NCBI GenBank assembly: GCA_944381245.1
Contig: CALWKK010000001.1
Span: 331 to 64,330, forward strand
Origin: an uncultured Clostridia bacterium
GTDB taxonomy: Bacteria > Bacillota > Clostridia > Christensenellales > UBA1242
Direction: 5' to 3'
DNA length: 64,000 bases
A program made the position numbers and the translations under genes. The notes beneath the pieces were generated by a model. It was not told where the DNA came from. It saw only the letters and a list, made by a program, of their open reading frames with translations, and searched no databases. Positions 1-10,100 of this stretch are shown here, piece by piece (within the stretch, counting starts at the first letter, position 1; the number at the start of each line of letters is the position of its first letter).

Positions 1-2116
1 CAATTCTTTTATCAATATTTTTTAATATAACACCTTTTTCTTTCCATTTTGTTTCAGGTATATTATTTACTGTTGTTTTGTAACAATTTCCTTTATTTGT
101 AAAAATTATAACTTTTGCAGTATTATATGTTTTAATAAGTTGAGTGTGTATATATTCTAATGTTGTTGAAGATGTAATATCTTTTTGTGCTAGATTAAAA
201 TTTTTTATTGGTATTGACTTTAAGTTTCCTTTTGCCGTGATACCGATCACCACTTCTGTCTCAAATACAACAGGTTGGTTTTTCACTCTAACTTTCACAT
301 CTGAGATTTTTATATTTTTATCTATTACACTTTTTCTTTGTGTTTTAAATTTTCTTTTTATTTCATTTAATTCATTTTTAACAACTGCTAGTTGTAATTT
401 CTTACTTTCATATATTTTTGTTAATTCAGCAATTTTTATTTTTAATTGTTCCAATTCTTCTTTTAATTTATTAACCTCTAAATTAACTAATCTAGCTAAA
501 CGCATATCTAAAATCGCTTGTGCTTGTTTTTCTGATAAATAAAATTTGGATTTTAATTTTAATTTCGCTTCACTCACCGATGCAGAAGATTTTATTATTT
601 TTATCACTTCATCAATATTTTTAATTGCAATCAATAATCCCTCTAAAATGTGGGCTCGTTCTTTAGCTTGATCTAACTCAAACTTTGTTCTTTTATATAT
701 TATTTCTCTCTGGTATTCTACATAATAAGATATTATCTCTAATAATCCCATTTGCTTTGGTTTTCCGTTTGCAATTGCAACCATGTTTATACCAAATGTA
801 ACTTGAAGCGGAGTTTGTTTAAAAAGCTGATCTAAAATATAATTTTCATCTGCTTCTTTTCTTAATCTTATTACTGCTCTCATTCCTTTTCTATCTGACT
901 CATCTCTTATTTCAACAATACCTGATAATGTGTTTTTATTTAATTCCCTTATCTCTGCTATCTTTTGTAATAAAGAAGCTTTATTTGTTTGATATGGAAT
1001 TTCTGTAATTATAATATATTTTTTATCACTCTTTTCTTCTATATGAGTTTTTGCTCTTATAATAATTTTTCCTTTACCAGTTCTGTAAGCTTGTTCAAGA
1101 TCTTCTCCTGTAATTATTATCCCACCAGTTGGAAAATCTGGTGCTTTTATAATTTTCATCATTTCTTCTAATGAAATTTTTGGATTTTCAATATATGCGA
1201 CAACACCTTCAATTACCTCAGCTAAATTGTGTGGGGGAATATTTGTCGCAACACCAACAGCAATTCCATATGCTCCATTTACAAGTAAGTTTGGAAATCT
1301 ACCTGGTAACATTGAAGGTTCTTTTAGTGTATCATCAAAATTATAAACCCATCTAACTGTGTTTTTGTCAAGATCCCTTAATAATTCCATTGCTAAAGGT
1401 GTCAATTTTGCTTCTGTGTATCTCATTGCAGCGGCGCTATCTCCATCTATGGACCCAAAATTTCCATGCCCTAAAACTAAAGGTTCCCTTAATAAATAAT
1501 CCTGTGCCATTCTAACCATTGCATCATAAACAGAACTATCTCCATGAGGATGATATTTTCCCATACAATCCCCAACAATTCTTGCTGATTTTCTAAATTG
1601 TTTATCAGGTTGCAGGCCCAATTCCATCATTGTGTATAAAATTCTTCTCTGAACTGGTTTTAATCCATCTTCAACTCTTGGTAAAGCTCTGTCTAAAACA
1701 ACGTGTTCTGTATATGGAATCATGGAATTATGAAGAACTTCTTCTAAAGAAGTCAAAATTATTCCACTTCCATCTGCTTGAGATAAATCTATTTTTATTT
1801 GTTCTGATTTACTTTTACAATTATTTTTTGAATAACTTAATATTTTATCTTTTTCAATTTCATCTAATATTTTTTCGCTTTGTTCGTTTTGCTCTAAATT
1901 ATCATCTAAATTGTCTATAATATCGCTCATTTTTTTTAACACCTTTTTTTCCATTAGTTTATTATTAGATTCATATTCATCTATTGAAATTTGACCAATT
2001 ATAATTTCATTATTTTCTTTTTCTTCGTTTTTTTTAACATATTCTAATTCGTCATAACACATTTGCCCTGGCAATTGTTCGTTTTCAAAAATAAACTCTT
2101 CATAATCGTCTTTCAT
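1..2116 (-). CDS. Type IIA DNA topoisomerase subunit A (ParC/GyrA family, ParC-like); C-terminal part cut by window edge
   Basis: Absent from the ORF track because the frame runs off the window. Manual minus-strand translation gives [40 protein letters not shown], the catalytic-Tyr motif [10 protein letters not shown] and [24 protein letters not shown]. The first C-terminal blade has no QRRGGKG GyrA box. Start is ATG at 2116 or the in-frame ATG at 1930. Confidence 0.8.
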   Translation of the reverse strand, partial: MKDDYEEFIFENEQLPGQMCYDELEYVKKNEEKENNEIIIGQISIDEYESNNKLMEKKVLKKMSDIIDNLDDNLEQNEQSEKILDEIEKDKILSYSKNNCKSKSEQIKIDLSQADGSGIILTSLEEVLHNSMIPYTEHVVLDRALPRVEDGLKPVQRRILYTMMELGLQPDKQFRKSARIVGDCMGKYHPHGDSSVYDAMVRMAQDYLLREPLVLGHGNFGSIDGDSAAAMRYTEAKLTPLAMELLRDLDKNTVRWVYNFDDTLKEPSMLPGRFPNLLVNGAYGIAVGVATNIPPHNLAEVIEGVVAYIENPKISLEEMMKIIKAPDFPTGGIIITGEDLEQAYRTGKGKIIIRAKTHIEEKSDKKYIIITEIPYQTNKASLLQKIAEIRELNKNTLSGIVEIRDESDRKGMRAVIRLRKEADENYILDQLFKQTPLQVTFGINMVAIANGKPKQMGLLEIISYYVEYQREIIYKRTKFELDQAKERAHILEGLLIAIKNIDEVIKIIKSSASVSEAKLKLKSKFYLSEKQAQAILDMRLARLVNLEVNKLKEELEQLKIKIAELTKIYESKKLQLAVVKNELNEIKRKFKTQRKSVIDKNIKISDVKVRVKNQPVVFETEVVIGITAKGNLKSIPIKNFNLAQKDITSSTTLEYIHTQLIKTYNTAKVIIFTNKGNCYKTTVNNIPETKWKEKGVILKNIDKRI

Positions 2117-2213
2117 TATGTTTAATATTTTATCATATTTAATTAAATTATTCAAATATTTTTTTTTGTTGAAAACATTTTACTTTTTATTATTTTTAAA
2201 GTAAAATCATTAG

Positions 2214-3077
2214 ATGATAAAAAAAGAAATTATATGTGATAGAAAAGATAAATTATTAAATTATATTACTGATAACTTTGGAATTACATATTCAACAGCT
2301 AATAAATTATTAAGAAAAAAGGATATAAGAATAAACGAAAAAAAAATTAATGAAAACATTGATGTTTTTCCTTTTCAAAAAATTACCATTTTCTTACCAG
2401 AAAATTTAAACAACAAACGAAAATATTTCGAAAAAGTTTATGAAGATGAAAATATATTAATAATAAACAAATACAAAAATATTGAGGTAACATCTCCAAA
2501 CAACATTTCTATTGATAAATTGTTAAATGAAACTGGAAAATATTTTGCATTAAATCGTTTAGATCGAAACACAGAAGGTTTAGTTATTTTTTGTAAAAAC
2601 AATTATGTGCATAAAACTCTTAAAAACGCAATGAAAAATAATGAAATTAGTAAGTTTTATCTTGCTGAAATAGTTGGAATACCTAATTTCGAAAAGAAAA
2701 ATTTTATTTCATATTTATGCAAAGATAAAGACAAAAGTGAAGTTAAAATTTTTGAAAAGCCGATAAAAAACTCTGTTAAAATAGAAACAAAAGTTTCAGT
2801 TTTAAAACAATCCCCAGGAAACACCTCCATCGTTCTTGTTGAAATTCATAATGGCAAAACTCATCAAATTCGTGCTCAACTTTCACACATTGGTCATGCT
2901 ATTGTTGGAGATGGTAAATATGGAAAAAATGCTGATAATAAGAAATATAAAGAAAAAACTCAAAAATTAACTGCCTACAAAATAAAATTTAATTTAAAAG
3001 ACATTAATTTAAAATATTTAAATGAAAAAAATTTTGAAATTAATCCATCATGGATAAAGGAGTGCCCTAATGAATAA
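2214..3077 (+). CDS. RluA-family 23S rRNA/tRNA pseudouridine synthase with N-terminal S4-like domain
   Basis: Motifs LNRLDRNTEGLVIF (HRLD-type catalytic Asp loop) and GKTHQIRAQLSHIGHAIVGDGKYG (GRTHQIR signature). Confidence 0.8.
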   Translation: MIKKEIICDRKDKLLNYITDNFGITYSTANKLLRKKDIRINEKKINENIDVFPFQKITIFLPENLNNKRKYFEKVYEDENILIINKYKNIEVTSPNNISIDKLLNETGKYFALNRLDRNTEGLVIFCKNNYVHKTLKNAMKNNEISKFYLAEIVGIPNFEKKNFISYLCKDKDKSEVKIFEKPIKNSVKIETKVSVLKQSPGNTSIVLVEIHNGKTHQIRAQLSHIGHAIVGDGKYGKNADNKKYKEKTQKLTAYKIKFNLKDINLKYLNEKNFEINPSWIKECPNE

Positions 3078-3855
3078 AAATAAAGTAGTTTTGATAACAG
3101 GAGTTTCTTCTGGAATTGGTTTGGAACTTGCAAAATTATTTATCAAAAATAATTATATTGTTTATGGTGTTTCTAGAAAAACATTTGATATGGAAAAACT
3201 TAATCATATTTGTTGCGATGTTTCAAATTATGAAAATTGCAAAAATACTATTGATACTATAATAAAAAAAGAAGGAAAAATTGATATCTTAATCAATAAT
3301 GCCGGAATGGGAATATCAGGTTCCATAGAAAACACAAGCGAAAGCGATGCAAAAAAAATATTTGATATAAATTTTTTTGGATGCTTCTATATGTGTAAAT
3401 TTGTTTTGCCTTATATAAAGGAAACGAAAGGAAGAATTGTCAATGTTTCTTCTGTTGCAAGTAAATTTTTTATTCCTTTTCAAGGATTTTATTCTGCAAC
3501 TAAGGCATCAATTGATGCAATCTCATCAGCAATGCGTGCTGAAACTAGACCATTTGGAATAAAAATAATAAATGTTTTACCAGGAGATACCAAAACATCT
3601 TTTACAAAAAATCGAGTTAAACAATTTGATGGAGATTATAATGAAAGATATATTAAATCAATAACAAAAATGGAAAAAGATGAACAAAATGGTATGACTA
3701 GTTCCTTTGTCGCGAAAAAAATATACAAAATTTCAACAAAAAAACATCCACCTTCAACTCAAGTTATAGGAATACAATATAAATTATTATTGTTTTTGGG
3801 TAAAATACTTCCAACAAAATTAATTGAATTTATAATATCAAAAATGTACGCATAG
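3070..3855 (+). CDS. Short-chain dehydrogenase/reductase (SDR) family oxidoreductase
   Basis: TGVSSGIG cofactor loop, NNAG, catalytic YSATK (YxxxK). Overlaps the upstream gene by 8 nt. Confidence 0.8.
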   Translation: MNKNKVVLITGVSSGIGLELAKLFIKNNYIVYGVSRKTFDMEKLNHICCDVSNYENCKNTIDTIIKKEGKIDILINNAGMGISGSIENTSESDAKKIFDINFFGCFYMCKFVLPYIKETKGRIVNVSSVASKFFIPFQGFYSATKASIDAISSAMRAETRPFGIKIINVLPGDTKTSFTKNRVKQFDGDYNERYIKSITKMEKDEQNGMTSSFVAKKIYKISTKKHPPSTQVIGIQYKLLLFLGKILPTKLIEFIISKMYA

Positions 3856-3904
3856 TAATTAACAAAATAATTTTAACTTTCATATATAAGCCTAAAGGTT
3901 TGTT

Positions 3905-4402
3905 ATGGAAATTATTGAAAATATTTCTAAAAAAGAATATCCTCAGGTTAAAAATTATTGTAAAAATTCTTATTACAGTGGAATTTTGCAAAATCTTTTT
4001 GCCGGTTCTGAAGGTGAAATAATAACATTTCTACAATTGCAATATCACGCCAACATAATAAAAAATTTTCACCCAAAAATAGCCGATTTATTAAATGAAA
4101 TTTCCTTAACAGATTTAAAGCATCAACAATTGCTTTCAAATGCTATACAAATGACCTATGGCAATCCTATTTACGCTAATTCTCAAGCAAAATGGATTGG
4201 TGGAAGACAAATTGACTATTTAAAAGATACAAAACAAATTATTTTAACAAATATAGAATTAAAAGAAAAAGCCATTATAGATTATAAAATGGCCATATCA
4301 AAAATAGAAAATATACAAATAAAACTTTTACTAAATTCAATACTTAACGATGAAGAAAATCATAGATTAATATTAAAGAAATTATTAAAATCACTTAATT
4401 AA
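3905..4402 (+). CDS. Ferritin-like four-helix-bundle protein (CotJC/manganese-catalase-like)
   Basis: AGSEGEIITFLQLQY resembles the GELAAALRYLNQ helix of CotJC. Later DLKH, EKAIIDY and DEENH motifs sit at positions expected for di-metal ligands. Confidence 0.45.
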   Translation: MEIIENISKKEYPQVKNYCKNSYYSGILQNLFAGSEGEIITFLQLQYHANIIKNFHPKIADLLNEISLTDLKHQQLLSNAIQMTYGNPIYANSQAKWIGGRQIDYLKDTKQIILTNIELKEKAIIDYKMAISKIENIQIKLLLNSILNDEENHRLILKKLLKSLN

Positions 4403-5595
4403 ATATTCCAATAATTAACAATTTGTTCAAGTTTATCAAAAAATTTTGTCGATTTAACCTCATTCATTGCATAAACATTATCTTTAAACAAAGTTTTATC
4501 TTTATACATTACTTTAATTTCACCCAACTGTTGTTCTTTTTTTATAGGAGCTTCAATTTTGTTTGGTAAAGTTATTTTAACATCTATATCTTTATATTCT
4601 TCATTTGTCAAAGGTAAAGCAAATTTTTTGATTGAAAATGTTTGCACTTCTTTTTCAACACCTTTATCAACACTAACATTGTCATGTTGCGCATATGCTT
4701 CCAAAATATTATATAATTTGTATTCTTCAAATCCCTTATTTAATAATCTTTCTGCTTCTTCGAACATTGGTCCACAATTAAGCACAACACATATTAATCT
4801 CATATCATCTCGTTTCGCAGATGCAACAAAGCACCTATAAGCATTGTCAGTAAATCCTGTTTTTACCCCCTCACAACCTTCCATATTCCATAATAATTTA
4901 TTTTTGCTTTGTAATGATTTTGTTTTTACTTCTTGGTTACCATTTATTTTTACATTTTTAGTTCCAACAATTTCTCTAAATGTTTCATTTTTCATAGCTT
5001 CTGCTGTTATAATAGCCAAATCATATGCAGATGTATAATGATTTTTTTCATCTAATCCATGTGGATTAGCAAAATTTGTGTTTTTTAGTCCAAGATTTTC
5101 CACCTCTTCATTCATTAGTTCAACAAATTTTTCTGGACTTCCAGCTATTCTACAAGCAATTGCAACAGCAGCATCATTACCTGAAGGTAACATTAATCCG
5201 TAAAGCAATTCTCTCATGGTCTTTTCTTCATCTTTCCTCAAATATAAACTCGTTCCTTCAATACCTACACTTCTATCATCAACCTTAAATTTTTCATCTA
5301 AATCAATACAATTTTTTATAGCAACATAAGCTGTCATAATTTTTGTTGTTGACGCCATTGCTCTTTGTTCATTGCAATTTTTTTGATACAAAACTCTTCC
5401 ACTACTTGCTTCAATAACTACCATTGATTTTGCATGTGTTGCCGTTTCTTCTTTTGAATTTAATACTTCAATATTATTTCCATCAGCTTTAACAACATTA
5501 ATATTTAACATAGTATTTGTTATAATTAATATTACAAAAATCAACACTAAAATTCCATTAATAAATGTTTTGTTTATATTTAATTTAGTTTTCAT
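4399..5595 (-). CDS. Serine-type D-alanyl-D-alanine carboxypeptidase (PBP5/DacB/DacF-like)
   Basis: SxxK (ASTTKIMT), SxN (SGND) and KTG (KTGFT) motifs plus an N-terminal signal/anchor. Track ORF extends to 5631, but the ATG at 5595 follows AAGGAAAA and is the likelier start. Confidence 0.85.
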   Translation of the reverse strand: MKTKLNINKTFINGILVLIFVILIITNTMLNINVVKADGNNIEVLNSKEETATHAKSMVVIEASSGRVLYQKNCNEQRAMASTTKIMTAYVAIKNCIDLDEKFKVDDRSVGIEGTSLYLRKDEEKTMRELLYGLMLPSGNDAAVAIACRIAGSPEKFVELMNEEVENLGLKNTNFANPHGLDEKNHYTSAYDLAIITAEAMKNETFREIVGTKNVKINGNQEVKTKSLQSKNKLLWNMEGCEGVKTGFTDNAYRCFVASAKRDDMRLICVVLNCGPMFEEAERLLNKGFEEYKLYNILEAYAQHDNVSVDKGVEKEVQTFSIKKFALPLTNEEYKDIDVKITLPNKIEAPIKKEQQLGEIKVMYKDKTLFKDNVYAMNEVKSTKFFDKLEQIVNYWNI

Positions 5596-5995
5596 CTTTG
5601 TTTTCCTTTTTTTTAGACATATATTTTGCAACTTTTTCGGAAGTTTTTGCTAACAATTCAAATATTTTTTCATAATTATCTGAAACAGTGGTTGAAATAT
5701 ATTTAATTTCTGTTTTTGTTGAAACAATAAAACCAATAGGTGAAATTGATATACCTCCACCACTTCCTCCTGCCATTGGATAATGAGTTGCAACTCTTCT
5801 AGTTGATAAATCTGAATATTCACCACCACCAACAACAAAACCAATATTAACCTTTGAAACAGGAATTATCGATGTTCCATCTTCTAAATTTTTCACTTCT
5901 CCAAATATTGTTTTTGTTGTTGAAATTGATTCTAAAGAAGATAATGTTTTTTCAATTAAATTATCTAAAGAACTAGTTTTTTCATAAATTTTCAT
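5585..5995 (-). CDS. ytfJ: Sporulation protein YtfJ (GerW family)
   Basis: Size and Gly-rich core VVGGGEYS...PMAGGSGGGISISPIGFIV are typical of Spore_YtfJ. RBS AGAGG lies upstream. Confidence 0.75.
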   Translation of the reverse strand: MKIYEKTSSLDNLIEKTLSSLESISTTKTIFGEVKNLEDGTSIIPVSKVNIGFVVGGGEYSDLSTRRVATHYPMAGGSGGGISISPIGFIVSTKTEIKYISTTVSDNYEKIFELLAKTSEKVAKYMSKKKENKDEN

Positions 5996-6056
5996 TTTAA
6001 CCTCTTTTTGTTATTTTGTGCTCAGATTTTATTTTTATTAAAAATTTTTTTAAGTT

Positions 6057-6599
6057 TTATTCATTTTTATTTCTAAATAATGATACAAAAAAACTGTATA
6101 ATATATCATAAATAGATAAAGCCATAATTGCATTTATTGCTAAAGATAATTTCGTGTCATTGTAAACTATGTTGTCTTTTAAAATTAAACTTGCAGTTGG
6201 TTGATAATTTTTTATTTTTGATATTAAAAAAAGAATAATATTGTTTAAACTAGAAGAAAAAACAGCAGCCTTAAACGGTTCATCTAATCCTAATTTTGAA
6301 TATATTAAGATGCTTTTTATTTTTATTTTGTTGCTCACTTCATTTTTAAAAAATTTTATAAATCTTATTTCTTTTTCTCCAACTTCAACATTTACTTCAT
6401 TCTTTTTCTTTTTAGTTATTAAAAGTATATCTTTATTTTTTCTTTTTAATTTAGCTATAATTAAATATAAAAATAAAATTTTAATTGATAGCGCTCCAGT
6501 ATTAGAAATAGCATCATAAGATAATTTAATCTTAAAATTAAAAGGTATAATTAATAATAAAATAAAAACAACTAAAAAAACCAGGTATAAACTTTCCAT
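6057..6599 (-). CDS. DUF2953/YtfI-like membrane protein
   Basis: N-terminal TM followed by a K-rich beta-rich body. It sits immediately upstream of ytfJ, as in the Bacillus ytfI-ytfJ pair. Confidence 0.5.
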   Translation of the reverse strand: MESLYLVFLVVFILLLIIPFNFKIKLSYDAISNTGALSIKILFLYLIIAKLKRKNKDILLITKKKKNEVNVEVGEKEIRFIKFFKNEVSNKIKIKSILIYSKLGLDEPFKAAVFSSSLNNIILFLISKIKNYQPTASLILKDNIVYNDTKLSLAINAIMALSIYDILYSFFVSLFRNKNE

Positions 6600-6634
6600 G
6601 TTTATATCTTTCCATAAATTTACAATTTTATAAG

Positions 6635-7693
6635 CTAACTTAATGGTATTGTAGCTTTTGCTGTGAGAGCCAAATCAGCTAACCCTATTCCTTCTTTTAA
6701 CATATAATATGCTGCACTTCCTATCATTGCTGCATTGTCTGTACATAATTTTAATTCTGGAAAATATACTTTGATATTATTTTTTAAACATTCTTTTTGT
6801 AATTCGCTTTTTAATTTAGAATTTGCCGAAACTCCTCCAGCAACAACTAATTTATTGCTATTTTCATGTTTACAAGCTTTTATAGTTTTTTCAACTAATT
6901 GCTCAATCACTTCATTTTGAAAGCTTGCGCAAATATCTGCTACGTTTATTTGTTGTTTTCTTTGTTTTGCATTATTAACATAATTTATAACTGATGTTTT
7001 AATTCCACTAAAACTAAAATTCATTGTTCCTTGCATTGGTATATGAGTTAAAAATTTTACATTAGCCTTTCCTGTTTTAGAAATACTATCAATATTTGGT
7101 CCCCCTGGATAAGATAATCCTAAAATTCTTGCAACCTTATCAAAGGCTTCTCCAACTGCATCATCAACTGTTGTTCCTATCATTTTTTGATTATTGTAAT
7201 CTTCTATTTTTAATATGGCTGTGTGTCCACCACTAACCATTAGACAAACAAATGGTGGTGTTAGGGTTTTATAAGTTAAATAATTACCTGCAATGTGCCC
7301 TTTTATGTGATTAACGGCAATAAGTGGAATATCCAAAGAAAAAGCTAGCGCTTTTGCAAAATTTATCCCAACCAACAAGGCTCCAACTAATCCTGCCCCA
7401 TATGTTACTGCAATAGCATCAATATCTTTTTCTGTTAAATTTGCTTCTTTTAAAGCTTGCAAATAAACATTTGAAATTGCTAAAATATGATTTCTGGATG
7501 CAATTTCTGGGACAACACCACCGAATCTTTTGTGAATTTCAATCTGAGAAGAAACAATATTTGAAAGTATTGTTCTTCCATTTTCAATAATTGCAACACT
7601 AGTTTCATCACAAGATGTTTCAATAGCTAATATTCTGACAATATCTTTATTTTTCAATTCTTTGTATTTTTCAATCATTCTTTCGTAATACAT
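6635..7693 (-). CDS. tsaD: tRNA N6-adenosine threonylcarbamoyltransferase TsaD
   Basis: ILAIETSCDETSVAI, GGVVPEIASRNH, metal-binding HIKGH and MVSGGHT. Confidence 0.95.
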   Translation of the reverse strand: MYYERMIEKYKELKNKDIVRILAIETSCDETSVAIIENGRTILSNIVSSQIEIHKRFGGVVPEIASRNHILAISNVYLQALKEANLTEKDIDAIAVTYGAGLVGALLVGINFAKALAFSLDIPLIAVNHIKGHIAGNYLTYKTLTPPFVCLMVSGGHTAILKIEDYNNQKMIGTTVDDAVGEAFDKVARILGLSYPGGPNIDSISKTGKANVKFLTHIPMQGTMNFSFSGIKTSVINYVNNAKQRKQQINVADICASFQNEVIEQLVEKTIKACKHENSNKLVVAGGVSANSKLKSELQKECLKNNIKVYFPELKLCTDNAAMIGSAAYYMLKEGIGLADLALTAKATIPLS

Positions 7694-7694
7694 T

Positions 7695-8672
7695 TTACAC
7701 CTGTAACGCTGTTATTGCCGAAACTATTATAATATCTCTAACGCAACAACCTCTTGACAAATCATTAATTGGTTTATTCAAATTTTGCAAAATTGGGCCT
7801 ATGGCATTATTGTTTCCAAAATATTGAATTGCTTTGTAACAAATATTGCCTGAATTTAAATCAGGAAATATTAAAACATTTGCATCTCCCTTTATTTTTA
7901 ATTTTGAATTTTTTGTTTTTGCAATTTCAGGACAAATAGCAGCATCTAATTGCATTTCACCATCTACTAAATAATTTGAATTTGCCATAATTGCCGTTGC
8001 AGTTTTTACTTTTTCTAAATTTTTACCTTCAGCAGAACCTTTTGTTGAATATGAGAGAAACGCAACTTTTGCTTTTTGATTAGAAAATTTTTCAAAACTA
8101 TTAGCCGTTTGTTTTGCTATTTGCGCCAAAGTTTCTGCGTTTGGCTCCACATTTAATCCCACATCAGCTCCAAAAATAACTTCTCTATTTCGAAAAATTT
8201 TATTTTTACCATAAAAAATCATAAAAGAAGAAACTATCTCGTCTTGCTTTTTTGCCTTAATGATTTGTAATGCTGGTCTTATAACTTTAGAAGATGGTGA
8301 TTCTGCTCCAGCGACCATTCCATCAGCTATTCCATATTCAACTAACATTGTTCCAAAATACAACGGATCCAATAATAAAGTTTCTGCTTCTTTTTTTGAC
8401 AATCCTTTATTTTTCCGTTTTTCTAAAAAACATTCTAATAATTTTTCATATATTCCAGATGTCTTAGGATTTATTATTGTTATTCCTTTTAATTTATCTT
8501 TATATCTTAAAACTAATGAGCTTTCATCTCCTAAAATAATTGCTTTGACTATTTTCTTCTTATTTAAATATTTCACAGCATTCATCGTTCTATCGCTAAA
8601 TGAAGCTTCAGGGAAAACTATAGTTACATATTTCTTTTTTGCTTTTTTTAAAATTGTTTTTTCATTAAACAT
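7695..8672 (-). CDS. pta: Phosphate acetyltransferase (short Pta type)
   Basis: IVFPEASF N-terminus and C-terminal NDLSRGCCVRDIIIVSAITALQ are typical of about 330-aa Pta. Phosphate butyryltransferase cannot be fully excluded. Confidence 0.8.
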   Translation of the reverse strand: MFNEKTILKKAKKKYVTIVFPEASFSDRTMNAVKYLNKKKIVKAIILGDESSLVLRYKDKLKGITIINPKTSGIYEKLLECFLEKRKNKGLSKKEAETLLLDPLYFGTMLVEYGIADGMVAGAESPSSKVIRPALQIIKAKKQDEIVSSFMIFYGKNKIFRNREVIFGADVGLNVEPNAETLAQIAKQTANSFEKFSNQKAKVAFLSYSTKGSAEGKNLEKVKTATAIMANSNYLVDGEMQLDAAICPEIAKTKNSKLKIKGDANVLIFPDLNSGNICYKAIQYFGNNNAIGPILQNLNKPINDLSRGCCVRDIIIVSAITALQV

Positions 8673-8724
8673 TTTTTACCTCGTAATTCATACATTTATT
8701 ATTTAAAGCGTAAAAATATTTTAA

Positions 8725-9765
8725 ATGAATAAAAAAAAATTGTCAATTAATATAATTAACAAAAAATTAAATATCCTAATAATTAAATTAAAAAATTTAA
8801 ATAAATCAAAATTTTTTTTGTTTTTATTTTCTTTAATTATTATATTTGCCCTAGTTGTTGAACCAAAAAAATATATGGAAGTTGCGCTAAACGGAATTTT
8901 AGTTTGGGCAACAAATATATTACCATCATTATTCCCATTTATGATTTTTACAAAACTTTTAACCTCAACTGGATATGTTGAATCAGCATCAAAAATATTT
9001 AATAAACCTATGAAAAAATATTATAATTGTCCAGGTATATCTTCATATATTTTTTTAATGAGCATTCTTTCGGGATATCCTTTGGGAGCAAAAATAACAG
9101 CAGATTTATACGAAAATGGTTCAATTAATAGAACTCAGGCACACAGAATAACAACTTTCACTTCAAATTCGGGGCCGATGTTTATTGTCGGAACAGTTGG
9201 TGTTGGAATGCTTATAAGTCCTTTTGCTGGATATATTATTTATATTTCTCATGTCTTTGCTTCTTTAATTAATGGATTACTATTTAAAAAATATAATACA
9301 ATAGAAATTATTAAAGATAATCTTAACTTGAAAAAAACTATAAATTCTAAAGATATATCTGAAAATATGATGAATGGAATAAGCTCTATTCTTCTAATAG
9401 GTGGATATATTACTATATTTTTTATAATCACTGAAGTGTTTTTTTCTCTTGGACTATTTATTCCATTTATCAAGTTATTAGAATTTTTAAATATTGATGG
9501 TGATTTAACGCAAGGATTTATTACTGGCATTTTTGAAATAACAAAAGGTTGTTTATTAATTTCAAACTCATCAGTTAGTTTAGCTGTTAAAACTAGTTTA
9601 TGTTGTATGATAATTTCTTTTGGTGGACTTGCGATTTCTTTTCAAGCTTTCGCATTTTTAAATAAATTTAAAATTTCAAAAAAGTTTTATTATTTACAAA
9701 AAATTTCCCATTCTATTATTTCATTAATTATTTGTTTAATATTATGTTCTTTGTTTTTTAATTAA
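8725..9765 (+). CDS. ylbJ: Sporulation integral membrane protein YlbJ (nucleoside-recognition-domain membrane protein)
   Basis: ILPSLFPFMIFTKLL, SGYPLGAK and SNSGPMFIVGTVG match the YlbJ family pattern. N-terminal K/N-rich extension makes the start uncertain. Confidence 0.7.
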   Translation: MNKKKLSINIINKKLNILIIKLKNLNKSKFFLFLFSLIIIFALVVEPKKYMEVALNGILVWATNILPSLFPFMIFTKLLTSTGYVESASKIFNKPMKKYYNCPGISSYIFLMSILSGYPLGAKITADLYENGSINRTQAHRITTFTSNSGPMFIVGTVGVGMLISPFAGYIIYISHVFASLINGLLFKKYNTIEIIKDNLNLKKTINSKDISENMMNGISSILLIGGYITIFFIITEVFFSLGLFIPFIKLLEFLNIDGDLTQGFITGIFEITKGCLLISNSSVSLAVKTSLCCMIISFGGLAISFQAFAFLNKFKISKKFYYLQKISHSIISLIICLILCSLFFN

Positions 9766-10100
9766 AATGCATTTTCAATATGTATAACTTTATCTTCTAA
9801 TATTTCAATAACATCAAAGCGTATCTTTGAATCTACATTTTTCATCATTTTTAAATAAGTTAATGCAACCTTTCTTATTTTATTTTGTTTATATAAATTT
9901 ACTGCTTCTCTTGGATATCCGTAAAAATTACTACTTCGTGTTTTAACTTCAACAAAAACAGTAATATCTTTTTGTTTGGCAATTATATCAATTTCACCAA
10001 TATCAACTTTATAATTTGATTCCAATATTTGATATTTTTTTTTAATTAGATATTGTTTTGCAATTTGTTCACCTTTAAATCCCAAAATTTTATTATTCAT
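9762..10100 (-). CDS. YraN family (UPF0102) endonuclease-like protein
   Basis: GEQIAKQYL...GEIDIIAK...VFVEVKTR pattern. Confidence 0.8.
   Translation of the reverse strand: MNNKILGFKGEQIAKQYLIKKKYQILESNYKVDIGEIDIIAKQKDITVFVEVKTRSSNFYGYPREAVNLYKQNKIRKVALTYLKMMKNVDSKIRFDVIEILEDKVIHIENAF

Noticed and set aside
144-1920. Plus-strand track ORFs 144-542, 989-1171, 1171-1356 and 1630-1920
   Set aside because: All lie antisense to the strongly conserved ParC/GyrA-like gene. Their F/I/L/S-rich low-complexity translations are what antisense frames of AT-rich genes produce.
8260-8706. 148-aa plus-strand ORF
   Set aside because: Antisense to pta, with no motif and no RBS. The same reasoning applies to other antisense track ORFs, for example 4559-5288, 6241-6519, 14008-14310, 25274-25666, 39529-39939, 56082-56471, 59551-59841 and 63330-63682.
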